DNA of 64,000 bases. It comes from Trichosphaerium sp. ATCC 40318. Lineage: Eukaryota; Protista; Tubulinea. The notes beneath the pieces are model-generated. The model did no database searches and was not told where the DNA came from. It worked only from the letters and a program-made list of their open reading frames with translations. This document shows positions 1 to 13,813 of this stretch, one piece after another. Each line of letters opens with the position of its first letter. Positions within the stretch are counted from its first letter, which is position 1. The position numbers and the translations under genes are program-made. The DNA is taken from contig JALMLS010000336.1 of assembly GCA_038496445.1 (NCBI GenBank), positions 171,662 through 235,661 of the forward strand. Direction: 5' to 3'.

Positions 1-1209
1 TCCAACTCGTAAGTACTTACCAAGGTAAAACGGGAACTTTTGTACAATACAATATAATATTCTTACAATCCTGTTATGCATGTTTGGCAGCATCGTCTAT
101 GAAGTGTCAAAATGTGTAAACTTTTTATTTTTGCTTGACGCACTAATGATTTTTAAGACTGCCCTCTCTTTACCACGCTTGTAATTATGTTGTGTTAAAT
201 CTAAAACTAAAAACAAACATTTAGAAATCACGTGGTCACCGCACACGACAATTGTTGAAAAAAAAAAGTTTGTAATAGGTACCTGACATTGCAACTGGGC
301 CATTTATATCATTCATTAGCTCTCGAGGCATTATTCTATTACATAATAAACGATAAAAGCCAAAAAAAATCAAGCAAAAAAAAATGACATTGTGACACCT
401 GTCGTTTGTGACATATGACGTACTTGGTGTAAATGCCTCTCAAGAATTCTTGGCTACCAATAAAATGATACTCACGAAGTAGTTGATTATCAACCTTGTT
501 GCACATAAGCACGTTGATAACAGAAACACATTATGCACGTTTACCTTTGTAACTGTGAAGCCATCATGCCAACAAAGCATATGAACACGCTACCATGAAC
601 AGTGAGTTGCGTGTACGACGGTTTTAACGTACTGTTGTTTCTGGGACATGTACTTTTTTACCTGATACGTCATTTAGCGATTATTGCTATTTGTTGTAGC
701 CACAAGTATGTATCACGGAGCAAGCGTACCACTAAGCGATTCTCCTTTGCCAGTGAACGGTGTAAATGTCGGAATATCAGCTACGATACCATCAGGAGAA
801 TCTGCGAACTGCGTGCCCTCTCTACAGGAGTTATACAAGTTTTAACAGTTATTCGTACTCCAGACATTGAATAAGTATTTTAGACACCCAGTTATCACCT
901 GGTGTCTCGCTTTCAGTAGTGCTAATGCCTCTACAACAAATTACAGTAAGCAAACAATAGAAAACGCTCTAAATAGTAACCTCAAGTGCTCTAATAAGCG
1001 TTGTTTCCTCACATCATCAATATTATTACAGCAAGCCATGACGTTTTGCCAAAAAACTTTCGTGCGCAACCGTCAACCTTCCTTACAACGGTCGTGTCTG
1101 TCAACAGCACCTACTTGAATTTGTGAGGAAATACATCACAGTACAAATTCTTCAACTCAAAGTCATGTTGACGTGGCTAAATTAAATTTTAGATTTATAG
1201 TGCTTAACA

Positions 1210-2819
1210 ATGATGAAAGCGTTTCTCTTTGCTGTATTGTTCTCCCTCGCTGTTGTAGCCGTAGTTGGTGAAGGTGAAAGCTCTGATGTAGTCGACTTGA
1301 CCCCAGACAACTTTGATGAGATTGTTGATGGTTCAAAAGCCGTATTTGTTGAATTCTTCGCCCCATGGTACGACACGCTCCATTATGACTTTTCTGATTG
1401 CTATTAAAGGTGTGGACACTGTAAACGCCTTGCACCTGTACATAGAATACGTCCAAACCAATTAATCTAATCATTTACAGGACTACGAAATCTTTGGAAC
1501 CGCTTTCGCGAAAATAGACTCAGTTGTCATCGCAAAAGTAGATGCTGACAAGCACAAAGAACTCGGCAAACGTTTTGGTGTCTCTGGATTCCCAACCCTA
1601 AAATTTTTCCCAAAAGGCGCCACTGAGCCAGAAGAGTGCGTTATAATTGTCTCTACTGCCAAGAATGTCTTTCAGCCTCTAAATTATTTTTTGTAGCTAC
1701 AAAGGTGGTAGATCCGTTGACGAGCTCGTTACATTCGTTAACAACAAGGCCGGTGTCCGTGGTGGTGTATCCAAACCTGCCAGTGCTGTCGTAGAATTAG
1801 GTCCAGACAACTTTGATGAAATCGTCAACGACGAATCCGTAGATGCTTTCGTTGAGTTCTTCGCCCCATGGTACGTTTTCTACACTTTGCGGACAATTAT
1901 CACGTCAAAGTGTTTATTGTTTTTGTTGATGAGTCACCAACTCACTGAAACGTCAGGTGTGGACACTGCAAACGTTTGGCTCCTATCTGGGAACAACTCG
2001 CCGGTATTTACAAAAATGACAAGGTACAAACTAGTCAGCCTTCTTTGAGTGCCTTTGATGCTTTATTTTTGTTGTAACGTCATGCTTATGATCTTTGTTA
2101 ATAGTTGGTCATTGCTTCCGTTGATGCTGATAAGCACAAGACTCTCGGACAACGTTTTGATGTAAGCGGATACCCTACCTTGAAAGTCTTCCCAAAAGAT
2201 AACAAAGCAGGTGAAGCTTACAACGTACGTTCAAAGCAATTTTTTTTTGATAGATTGAAAGACACAGTTTATAAACTTTTCGAATTTTCTCTTGAGAAGT
2301 GTACTTATACTGGATTTTTAGGGTGGTAGAGAACTCTCTGACTTTATTAAATACTGTAACGAGAACTTTGGTCTTTTCCGTACCGAATCTGGTCTCTTGA
2401 ACGACCAAGTACGCAAACACAACACAATTTTTTTTGGGTTTTTTTCATCACTCTTATTTTTTTTTTTCAAAGGCTGGTCTTGTTGAGAGCATGGAAGAAT
2501 TCGCCAAGGGTTTCCTTGCTGATGATGCTTCAAAAGAAGATCTCATTGTTAGCGCTGAAGCTGCTCTCAAAACTGTAGAAGAAGCTGATAAATGGTACTA
2601 AAGCTGCTCAGAGTTTTGCTTCCGTTACTCATTTTTTTTTAAAGGTCTGCTGGATTCTACGTCAAATTCATGAAAGTCATCGTCAAGCGTGGTGTTGAGT
2701 TTGTTGACAAAGAAATCGAACGTACTAACGGTTTGTTGGCTGGTGATAGCCTCTCCTTGCAAAAGAAGGACGAGTTTGCCATCCGTAGAAACATCTTGAG
2801 TGTTTTCAAATCCGAGTAA
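1210..2819 (+). CDS. Protein disulfide isomerase, P5/ERp38 type (a-a'-ERp29c), multi-exon
   Basis: Signal peptide; two thioredoxin domains, each with FFAPW|CGHC split by an intron (1369, 1871); helical ERp29-like C-terminus ending [11 protein letters not shown]. Confidence 0.93.
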
Positions 2820-3074
2820 ACAAACAAAAAAAGAGCTTTTTTAGTAATTTTAAAGCGGTCATTCGTTGTTGTAAAGACCCAGACAATAAACTTATACGCT
2901 ATACAGAGCTTTTCGTCATGTTTTTGTTTGTACTTTCTAAAACGACTAAAATGGTATCATTCTACGCTGTCCCTGTCGCAACGATGCGTGGGTCAGTCAT
3001 TAAAACGAAAACGTCATGATGCAGTACAAAACAGGTATATTTGAAATGAGCTGAGCTCAAGGTGCGTTTTAATA

Positions 3075-3666
3075 TTACTTTTTCTCTTCTGCAGCCTTTT
3101 TATCTTCTTCGGCCTTTTTGTCCTCAGCAGCCTTCTTCTCTTCTTCAGCTTTCTTGTCTTTATCAGCGTCTTTGGCTGGTACTTTTCTTGCTCTTGGCTT
3201 CCTTGGTTTTCTCTCACGCTTTGTTGGAGGTGGGTCGGCGTCAACTTGACGATTTTGCATCTCCCACCTTTTTGGAGTGATTGTTTTGACGCTGGTTGGA
3301 TTAACTCCTGCGTCTAGTTCCTCTTTAATGCAATCAGTTACCATTTGGTACTGGCGCAAAAGAGTCAAGCCAGCAAAATCTTCAGCAACGATTTCGATCT
3401 ATACAGCGCACGCGTGAGGTCACTAATGAAGTATTGTAGAGTACCTTAAAATGCGTTTCTGAGCCTTTTGGCACGTTATGCCTTGAACTGTCGTTAATAA
3501 CATTCAAGAACGCTGGTTTGAATTTTGAGTGAAGCTTCTCGTATATTGCGCCCTCAATTCGGCCTCTGTTTTTCACTTCTGGTGTTTCTTCAGGTTTATC
3601 TGCATACCACCTGCGTACTTGCACAGCGTTACGTCGCGTAACTACAGAGCGTCTTGCTATACTCAA
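3075..3666 (-). CDS. BolA-like protein with mitochondrial presequence and K/E/A-rich tail (2 exons)
   Basis: Arg-rich N-terminus; LNVINDSSRHNVPKGSETHFK|IEIVAEDFAG after removing a gtactc...tatag intron. Confidence 0.85.
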
Positions 3667-3860
3667 TGGTTAATTTGCTAATTCTACTTGATGCACTACC
3701 CACCTACTGGTCTAACACGAATGAATCGTCCAAGCATAGTGACACTACTTTGAGGATGAGCAATAGTCCAGTACGACAAAGTCTTTTGTGGGCTTTTTTT
3801 CGCTTCATTAAAAATTGGACCTTTCAAGCAGTTCACGCCTCAAATGACGCTGTGAGGTTA

Positions 3861-5693
3861 ATGCGCCACTCAAAGACTCTAATACAATCAATTATTGGCG
3901 TTCAGCACTTTAACGTTGATGTTACGCGTCATATGCCAGTGTCGTCCATCAGGGCGAGTGCGCGAACGTGCTTGTGGGGCTAAGAACGCAACGTCTCGAC
4001 AATCTAAAGCTTATCACATTACAGCGCATTGCACTGATCTAACAATGGACTCAAGAGACATTTTACAGGCACATTTTCCCAAGAGAGCTCATTTACACAC
4101 AGCGAAAGTGCTATTCAAAAAGGGGCAAATGAGCGAAGCTCTAGAGCAATTTGATCGCTTAGAAGAACTTGGAGCTGTTCTATCTCCAGAAGACAACTTG
4201 TTTAAACATCACCTGATGCTTAGATGCCATCGCTACAGCGATATAATAAAAGAGTTTGAGACGCGCTTATCAAATCACAGCGTTGGTACACTTCCTGGTG
4301 TTGGGACTGCGTACGAGAAGGCTGGTGATGAGCACCAGACGTTTGATATTGCAGATCAAGTCATTGGAAGCAGTATGGGAGACGAGGTAAGTAGAATTGG
4401 ATGTTTTCTCATTTTTTTTTTCTTTTTTTGTGCTTCTCCTTGTTGATGCGTTTGACGCTTTAGGTGAATTCAAATCCGGCTGCTTGTAGTGGTATTCTAA
4501 AGAACGCACTTCATGCAAGTGCATCAGCGATTACGAAACATTTGGATGTGAATAAGAAATATCTAGGTGAGTATTGTTATTAGGTGTCTTCTCAATTTTT
4601 TCTTTTTTTGAAAGGTTGTCAAACAAAAATTGAGTAACCTTTTTATTTTCGTCATTTACAACCGTAATATATGTAAACAGTTATAAATTACTTGAGAAGA
4701 GAAGTTCAAGAATATTTTAATGGGCGCTTAGCGCTTCAAATCTCTTTTTGTTTTTTTTTTGATTCATTCAAACACCTGACTAAGTTTTGTTGTAGATGAA
4801 GTAACACCTCTGACTTTTTTGGAATTACTTACACAATATAATTTATCTGTTGATAACAGTGATTACTTTGTTGTTTTACAAGCGCTAAGTTATACACGCA
4901 AGCACCAACTATTTCTTCGTGTATTTGAACAATATGTTGAAAGTGGTACGTACTCGCTTTTTATTCTCTCCTCCTTTCAAAGAGTTTGTCTTTGGCTTCA
5001 TTACTTTATAAGAATTTAAACAACATGTCAATGTAACTTTACGGATGAGAAGTACATCCACACGTGTCAATGTCGTGTTCTTTTGTTGAGTGCTAATTTT
5101 TCCTTTTTTTTCTTCTAGGCTTGCCACAAGAGCCAAAGTTTATCAAGTTAATGTTACAGACAATGCTTATTACTGGTGATTTTGATACAGCAGTTAAAAC
5201 CACACATTTGGATTCAGATGCAATGGTGCCCGAACTACATCCTCTTCTTGTAAGGGTTGCAAGGTAACAAAGAGCTTCTTCTTTTTCTTTTTTTTTCTTT
5301 TTTGTTTTCCAGCTTTTCGCTTATCGGCTTCCTTCTAGTGCACAAATCAATCGTATTAAGATACCTACTCATTTACCTGCTTTATTTATTGCTATGGATA
5401 CAAGTGATACACTAGATGCTGTATCTGGTGTTCTGCTGTCTCTGAGGAAGATATATAATTCAAAAACATCAATGGTCATTATAGACTTTACAAGAAATGA
5501 TATGTTAATACTTTTGGGTTCTGTAAAGAAGCTTATTGGTAGTATAGAAAATGGTATAAATGATATACCTAATAATGAACATAATCAAACACGTGCTTTG
5601 ACTCTTTTTTTTAAGAGTTGCTTAACACAAATGTGGGAAAGTTGGAGAGAACTTAATACAACGTACTCATTGTCAAATAAATCAAAACAATAA
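3861..5693 (+). CDS. PPR/TPR-like helical repeat protein, probably organellar (multi-exon; start uncertain)
   Basis: Helical repeats such as LFKKGQMSEALEQFDRL, DYFVVLQALSYTRKHQLFLRVFEQYVESG and VYQVMLQTMLITGDFDTAV. Confidence 0.55.
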
Positions 5694-6335
5694 TGTAAGA
5701 AAAAAAACCAATATGATTGTTTTTAACTGCAATAATTTCACGCAGTTCCCATTCCTTTCCCGTTTTCCAAAAACATCCTTAAATCAACTTACTTTACTTT
5801 GCCTAAAAAACCAGTTTTATGGAACTGTGAATGCCTTACTAATCATGGTTGCTCACTTGAGGCTCGGGATGGCGCGCAACATACTGTCGTACTAACACTT
5901 CAATAAGTACCAGCGATTATGCAGTTTGTTAAGTTGCCCTGACATTGTTTGACGCAGTTCGTTAACGTGACAAAGGCTTCATAAGCTTGTTTTCCCCTCT
6001 TCTTTAATACCTGGCGGTAGTACAGCTGAAAATGTCATGTTTGTCTCGTCTATTAGTTTCTTGTGCTTATTTAATCACGTGTATTGATTTATAAGCAAAA
6101 CAACCAAAAGATGGCGATTTAAGCTAGTTTTGAAATGTTCCGATTTAGAGCACGTGTGATAAATTGGTATCGTCAAACTGGTATCGTGTGATGTCGTGAC
6201 TACGATGTAAACCAGGTACTACATAGTTACTGCACCAGAGTTGACTTCAAACCAAAAAAAACTCAAGAAACAAACAACTTATCGGAGAAAGGCTTTCTAC
6301 GTTAAAATTTTAACTTAAAACAAGGCCTGACTGTG

Positions 6336-9300
6336 ATGAATTGTATCTACGCCTTGGTTCTATTATTCTTAGCAAAACTGACTTACCAAGCTCCGCCTAT
6401 TGCCGGAGGACCAGGGTATGCACTTAGCGCATATGATAAAGGAGATTACTTAGCCGGAGAAAATGTACAGCTTTTTGGGACACCTGATTTTACAGTTGAA
6501 TATTGGATGGCTGCTAGAACACCCTCTAATTTCTATCCTGTTATTTCTTACGCTGTGGCACGTGGAGAAGGTAGCGGTCGTATTGGGCAGTTTGATGATC
6601 AAAGGTGAGCGCAGTTTTGTTTTTTTGTGAAGAAGTTGTTTGAGGCTTTCGTTTAAGGTCTTAATAGGATTGCAATGATGCACGGATCGTCTATATTTAT
6701 ATTTTGTATGGATGCCACAGTATCTTTAGATGTTCCTCTTGAAAGCGGATGGCATCATTGGGCTATGACGTATAAAGGAGACTCAAATATTTTCAGAGTC
6801 TATTATGTAAACAACTATCCATTGAAACTGTTTTGTTTTTTTGACGTCTACTAGGATGGCCAAGTTATGTACAATGGTACACTGACAGGAAGGGATACGG
6901 TCGTTGGCATAGAAAATGGAGGAACAATCGTCATTGGCCAAGAACAGGTACGTCAATCAAAATCTAAAAAACTCCGAAATTGGGAACTTAAAAACTGCAG
7001 GATAGTAGTTTGGGCAATTTCGATCAACTTGCTTCTTTTCAAGGTTCTATAGATGAAATACGTATATGGCAGATACAAAGAACAGGTACCGACGACAAGC
7101 GTTTCAAAAATAATTCACGTGATTAAACGTATTTTTTGTTTGAAAACAGAAGCCGAAATACAAGAGCACATGAACATTGGATTGACTGGAACAGAACCAG
7201 GTCTCTCTGCTTTGTTTAACTTCGAATCATTCGATAGTATTGAAAATAAGGTATGATATGCGCCATTATTCCTACGCTTTCGAGACGCGCCATTGTCTGT
7301 ACACGATAATTAAGTTAAAGCTAATTTTTGTGTTTTTTTTTATAGTACACCAATCAAGCGAGCCTAACGCAAGACTTGTTTGTAAGTCATTGGGATATAG
7401 AGAAGGATACTTACACTATAGGAAATACAACAAAAGGACCTATTCAAGGTTTATCAACTGCACCGTTGTCGAGTTTAGGAAGACCTACTATTATTTTCAC
7501 AAACGACATCGATGAACGGGTAAGAAATAGCAAAATATTGTCTCGTATTTTCTCATAACAATGCCAGGTTATCACCTTAAACGCCGTTGATTTTGATGGA
7601 GACGCTTTGGTGTTCGCTTTGGATACCCTTCCATCTCAAGGAAACTTATTTATGTATGATGGTCAGAGCAAGCTCGCGCAAATCACAACAACTGGTTCAC
7701 GTTAGTTCAAATAATATATAATCCATAAAATATCCTTAAAATTCTCTAGCAATATTGGGAAATCAAGTAATATTCGTTCCAAATAGTAACACTGTAATGA
7801 ACGATAGCTTCACATACACGGTATCCGACGGTGTTGACACATCAAGTGGTACGTACATTAACCATAAACTCACTCTCTAAAAGCATACAAAAGGTCAAAT
7901 TATTATTCTACAAAACAATGCACCTACAGCGTATTCTGCCACCTACGATTCAGGTATGTTAATTTAGTTTTCTTTCATCTTTCTGATTTTTCTCGCTATT
8001 GTTGCTCTAATAATTTCTTTTCAGAGGAGGATTTAGAGTTGATATTGACGCTCACTTGCAGCGATCCAGATGGTGGTTTTATTGGTGCAACAATTACTTC
8101 TTTACCTACACAAGGATCGTTGTATCAAATTAAAACGGATAGAACAACCAGAGGTACGTTTAAACGAGAAAATATACAAATAGTATAATGACTCTAAATC
8201 CAAAAAGGGGAACGCATCGTTTTACCAAATACAGCACTTACACGTGACTCGAACATTGTTTTATTTGTTCCTCCATTAAATGGAGCAAATATACGCTCTA
8301 CGTTCACTTTTGATTGCAGAGATGATAATAGTATACACTCAGCAGCAGCTATGGTTGATGTCGATTTGGAAGCTTTTGATGACAAGGTATGTCACAAGCT
8401 TTCTTGTTTTTTTTTCCCACTTTTTTGGTTATTCACTCAATGCTTAGGCATTTGTCGGTGGCGCCTTATATGCTTTATCATTCGGTGGTATTGGTCAGAG
8501 AGTATCATTTATAATTCCTGGAAATGTACCGGATATACGAGGAATCGATTTATGGATAAAACCTGGGGTACATTTTTGTTAAGATGATTTCATTTTTAAC
8601 ATTTGTATTTAGGCTAAGGATGAAATGTCTTTAATGTCTTTTGGTCATTTCGAACTTGCATTAAGGTTAGGAAGTGTTCCTAATATGTATAATCTATACT
8701 CAAGTTACACGGACGCCGGTGGCGATAAAATTATAACAGCACGTTTCGGGGAAGTACATACAAACGTGTGGTCTCACATCGCTTGTGATTTTACTATTGA
8801 AGATGGGATATCTTTTTACGTCAATGGTGACTATGTTGGTTCCACTGGGAGTATAGGTTTCGGAAGCATCACTGTAAATACAAACTTTGACATTGGTGGA
8901 TCATCAGAACACGGATACTACACAGGCGATATCGACGAAGTGAGTTTCTTTCTTTTTTTTTTTGTGATATTAATGTACCACGTTTTAGATGCGTTTGTGG
9001 AGCATCCCTTTTAGAAATCAAACGGATCTATACTTATTAAAAGATTCACTTGTAACTGGTCTTGAGACAACCCTCATATCTTCATGGAGTTTTGATGAAG
9101 GTGTTGGTAACATAGTAAAGTCAATTGGACTATTTACAATACGGTACTAAGTGCAAAAAGTTACTTTCGGGTTTCTGACTTTTTTCTTAGTGGTACTCTT
9201 ACTGGTTCTTCGTTGATACCTTCTTGGACTACATCGACTATGCCTGGTCATAATACTGTAGTTCTTGATGAAGATAGTGAAGGGGTATATTTTAAAGTAC

Positions 9301-12300
9301 CATGGGCTGACGTAGAAGGAGATAGAGTTGCTGCAGTTGTTTTGAGCCTTCCAACCAAAGGAACATTGTATCAAGTACTGATTTGTCATTATCGATTATT
9401 CTTAATTCCATCTTGCTTACTTGGAAACATAGGTAAACGAAGATGGAAGTATAGGCGCTAGGTTTGAGCCAACAGATTTTTACCAGGTAATTCTCGGCAG
9501 TTTTTAAGGAAAGGCTGATAATGTTGTTAGTCTTGGCTATCCGATCAGCCGCCAATCGCTCAATGGGTTTCTAACGCCACTAATTGGTCGTCTCAATGGG
9601 GAAATGGACCTTCTTATTTCGCTTCCCAGCTTATAGGAGAACCAGAAACGTTTGATGAGACGAAATCGAAGCAACAAAGCGGGTATGAGGCTAAACTCTT
9701 TAAATGAATCAAGTTTCAAGTTTAAACTTTGTTATAGTGATAGCGTATTTGCTTGGTCTCCATTAACTCAATGTGCTCGAGAATGGTCACGTGCGTAAAT
9801 ATGTTAATGCGAAAATACTAAAGGTATTCAAGAAAATGCTACGAGTGTCGAGTTTGTTGAAATTGAATTTGAGCAGGAAGTTTTTGTGACTGGTTTCGAG
9901 TTTTATGAGAGTTACAACCCAGGTGCTGTTGCAGAGATTTATCTACTCAACGAACACGGTGATTGGGTAGTATTATATGATGAAGGATTCAGGGTTATGC
10001 CTAATATATATAACGTGTTTCAACCAACAATACAATGTCAACGTATGTTGATAGGAGATCTTGTTTCTTATTTTTTTTCTTAAACGCAGCTTGTAACTTT
10101 TATATAGGTCTCTTTAAGACAAGACATGTTAGAATTATTCACGATACATGCAATGCCCAAGGTTGGAATGAGATTGATGCCATCAGAATGACGGGTGTAC
10201 AATACAAAAAAGCTGTACGGAGGGTTTTAATTTTATTTGTTCCTTACTTGTTTTTTCTTTAAACAGGGTGTCATTGAGAATACAAACTCTCTTCTCTATT
10301 ACGTTCCACATCCAAATAAAAATGGTATTGATACTATAGAATATACAGCAATAGATTGCCCTTATCGAGTAGACAGAGAAAGCAAACCTGGTTTCATTAC
10401 ATGTACGTCTTGAGTTGACTCATGGTTTCTTCGTTTTTAATTAATTGACATTTTTCTGGATAGTTAATATATCGAGAGTGAATGATTATCCAGTAAATGA
10501 ACCAGCTGTAACTGTTAAGGGTATGTCTAACGAAGATACCTTTATTTTCATAAACATGACCGACATTGATAACCGGAACATTTCATTGGCGATAACAAGG
10601 TGGCCAGTTTATGGTGAACTATGGGCTGTACGATAAAAACTATACTCAATCTTACAAAAAATCACGTGTCTTACATCTACAAGGTTTCCAATGCAAATGA
10701 AACTACAGAACAACTCAGAGCCCTACCGTAAGTCGTTTAGCAATAATTGCCAGCGTAATCTTTTGTTGTTTTTAACTCTAGTATACAGTCGTAATGCATC
10801 GTTGGAGAACGGATTTGTTGTTTACAGACATATCAAAGGAACTTGTGGTATTGAGTTTGATTTCTTTGAGTACAAGCTTTGTGATACTTCTCTTTGTTCA
10901 AACAATTCTAAGGTAAGCCTCTAACTACTTTCCGTCTAAGGCAGTTAATGTTTATAGGTCACTCTCGATATTTTCTGTAAGCCAGGAAGTCATGTTATCC
11001 ATGATTACGTCAAAATAGCAATTGGTATCATTACAGGATTTCTTATCCTTGCTGCTTTTTGTCTTCTCTTGTTCACATTCTATGGCGGATATATTTATAC
11101 ATATCCTCAGATTAAGGTATTATTAATTATGCTTCAAAGGGTGTTAAGGCTGATATTGTTTTGTGTAGATTGCTTCACCTCCGTTTTTGTTGATTATAAT
11201 TTTCGGCGGTATTCTTGCTTATAGTACAGTCTTTGTATGGATGCTAGAAGTCACTAAAGCCACTTGTATCATACGAGTATGGACTCTTGCCTTTGGCACA
11301 ATTCTTATGTTCACGTGCGTTCATCTGAATCCAAACCTCAAACCGTTTTGTTCAACATTGTACTAAGATGTTTGGTTAGTGGTATGTTTGTTAAGACGTG
11401 GCGTATCTACAAGATATTCAGGAACAAGTCTATCAAAATATTCAGTGTGCCTGACTACAAGCTATGGCTTATTGCTGGAATTGTTTCCGTAAGATCAAAA
11501 CACGTTCTTGGTATTTTCCTGTTATATTTACTCCAGTTCTTGTAGAGCATTGGTATTGTTTTATTGCTTATTTTCAGTTTCGTCGACCCACCTGCAGTAA
11601 AATCACGTGTAAACCCATCAGACCCTTCTAAGACATTTTTAACATGCACCACTAATTATTGGACAATGGGTTCTATCGTTGCTGCTTTGGTACGATCTTA
11701 CAAACTAGAAAAGAAAAAAAAAGGCTAACAAGTATTTTCTTTTAGAGCGTTCTTGTCATTTGGGGTGTCTTCCTTGCTATTGGCGTAAGAAAAGTAAGCT
11801 CAGTGTATAACGAAAGCAAGTACATTGGAATCAGTATATACGGGTTCGCTGGTATTGCAACAATCGCTGTACGTGACGAAGTCTTTCTTCAATCAACAAT
11901 CAACTAAAAACCAAGATTTAAACATAACTTTTATACTAGGTACCGACTTTAATTTTGGTTAACACCAACCCCCTCCATACATTTGTGATTATCAGTATTT
12001 GCACTATACTTGCTGTAACGACGAGTATTTGGGTACTGTTTGTACCTAAACTAATTTCTTTGGCAAAGGGAGAAGACTTAAAAGCGAAGCACTTAAAACA
12101 TAAGAATGCAAATAGCATAAAAGATCTCAATGCATCCCTTCAGGCTTCTAAAATGGATGCTTCAGCGCTTAAACGTCATCTAGACGAAAAGAATAATGAG
12201 CTTGATCAGAAGAATGCCTTGATTGAGAAACAACAAAGAAGAATAGAAGAGTTAAAGAAAAAACTACACAAAGATAAAGGATCACTTAGAAATCATAGTA

Positions 12301-12425
12301 TTGGTATAAAGAAGAGATCTGGTCCTATGGTTGTTAATGTATCAATGTCAGAGTCAGTATCATCGGAAATTACAGAACAGGATACAACAGATGCAACACA
12401 AACATCAAATATCATTGATGCCTAA
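6336..12425 (+). CDS. Large class C (7tm_3)-like GPCR with pentraxin/LamG, cadherin-like and discoidin-like ectodomain, many exons
   Basis: Signal peptide; pentraxin motif IVIGQEQD...GSIDEIRIW; second LamG (WSHIAC...YVNG...GDIDE); DxDGD repeats; 7TM hallmark FVKTWRIYKIFRNK and NESKYIG...LFVPK; coiled-coil cytoplasmic tail. Confidence 0.8.
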
Positions 12426-12634
12426 GAGCGACTAACAAAAAAAAAATAAAAAATCAAGCGTTTGGGTATCACGTGTACCGGAAAGTACGCTTGTAAAAAT
12501 CATCCTGTGTAAATAATACTAGCTAATAAATAGTCGCTATAACCTGAACCAAGTATATTTTGGACTCTTAGACTCATTACAATCGAAACAGTGTCGAGGA
12601 TACAAAATATCTGCACTTTTTCCAAAAATGACTT

Positions 12635-12882
12635 GCCATGACTCAGACCATCTAAATTACAGCCCCGTGAATACACAATACCGTTTGAATCAACTGCAAG
12701 GCTATGACAGCATCCAGCAGCAATACAAACAATATTTATGAGTGACTTTATTGGTCTAGCGATAGAATTCTTGATTTCGTCTGTATTACCTAATTGGTGG
12801 TGATAGTTTCTTCCCCAATCGTCGAGCAGCGATTAGCATTGAATGTTCAAAACCAGCGGCCAAACGTTAGCATATCGTAAAT
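12635..12882 (-). pseudogene. Degenerate fragment of an RCC1-repeat gene, paralog of 21372-23162
   Basis: Translates as KNSIARPIKSLINIVCIAAGCCHSLAVDSNGIVYS versus KNSIARPIQSLRNIVCIAAGWHHSLAVDSNGIVYA; contains a frameshift and deletions. Confidence 0.8.
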
Positions 12883-13813
12883 TAACACCCAAAGTTTGAC
12901 GTACTGCTATAAATCACGTGGTCTTGACCTTTTTGTATTTTGACAGAGACAAAAGGTCCTGTACCCAGGTTATTTCGATTTGTATTATGTAAAAAACCTG
13001 TACATACCTCAAGCAGTGAAAATAAACAAACAAAATCTTCCACCACGCTGTTACATTTAACTCCTGAAGCCACGTATCAATAAATCGAAAACTTGTTCTT
13101 TTTTAGCTAAGTCTCAAACCGTGCACCTTAACAATGGAGCTATTCGTTTAGGTATACACTCACATACGTAAAACCACTTATATGAGAGACGAAGACGTAT
13201 AAAAATGGACCCCAAGGGACATAGAGGAAGCAGTGTACAAACTCATTGCTTTACGCAAACGGCGTTCTCGTGGACGAGCCACACGAAAACAGCAAAAATG
13301 CAACGGAGAAAGATCAAGATTAAAACTTAAAAGCGGCACTTGTTATAAAGAACAAGAAGATAGAGCAACGCTTCTCATGAAACAAGCAATAGCAAAAAGA
13401 AGAGCTACATTTGAAAGGCTTTAAGTTTGGAATGTTATCTGAAATGGAGTTTAGATAGCAATGTAGAGCAGTAATAAGGTTTGTAACGGAAATACAATGT
13501 GTTTTTTTGCTATGTCTCATAACAAATTATGATGTAAACGTTGGAGAAGTGTAGAGAGTCGAGGACGAACGTCATACTTTAACATCTAGACCATGCAGTA
13601 GGTACCTTAAAAGATGTGGTGTTGGCTACCTCACAACACAATCAACGAGATGTAAAAATTGTGCTAATGGTAAACATTTTGAGCTGTTTGGCTATGAACT
13701 TTCGTTGTGGTGATAAATGTCCACAGAACGTTGTAATAACAGCTCAGGTCTGACTCAATCAATGTCAAAGGAATGAAAAGTAAAGTAATTAATGATTTTT
13801 TAATTGTGCTTGA

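Noticed and set aside
97-1118. Short ORFs before PDI
   Set aside because: No recognisable motifs or consistent splice model.
2790-2819. PDI lacks a KDEL/HDEL signal
   Set aside because: This is already known for a-a'-ERp29c type PDIs, so it is not novel.
6605-6670. Premature stop after exon 1 of the GPCR
   Set aside because: Using the downstream acceptor ttaatag gives an open frame (DDQRIAMMHG).
13200-13750. Basic 63-aa ORF and surroundings (similar fragments at 52960-53130 and 56800-57250)
   Set aside because: Low complexity, interrupted by stops, and no supportable gene model.
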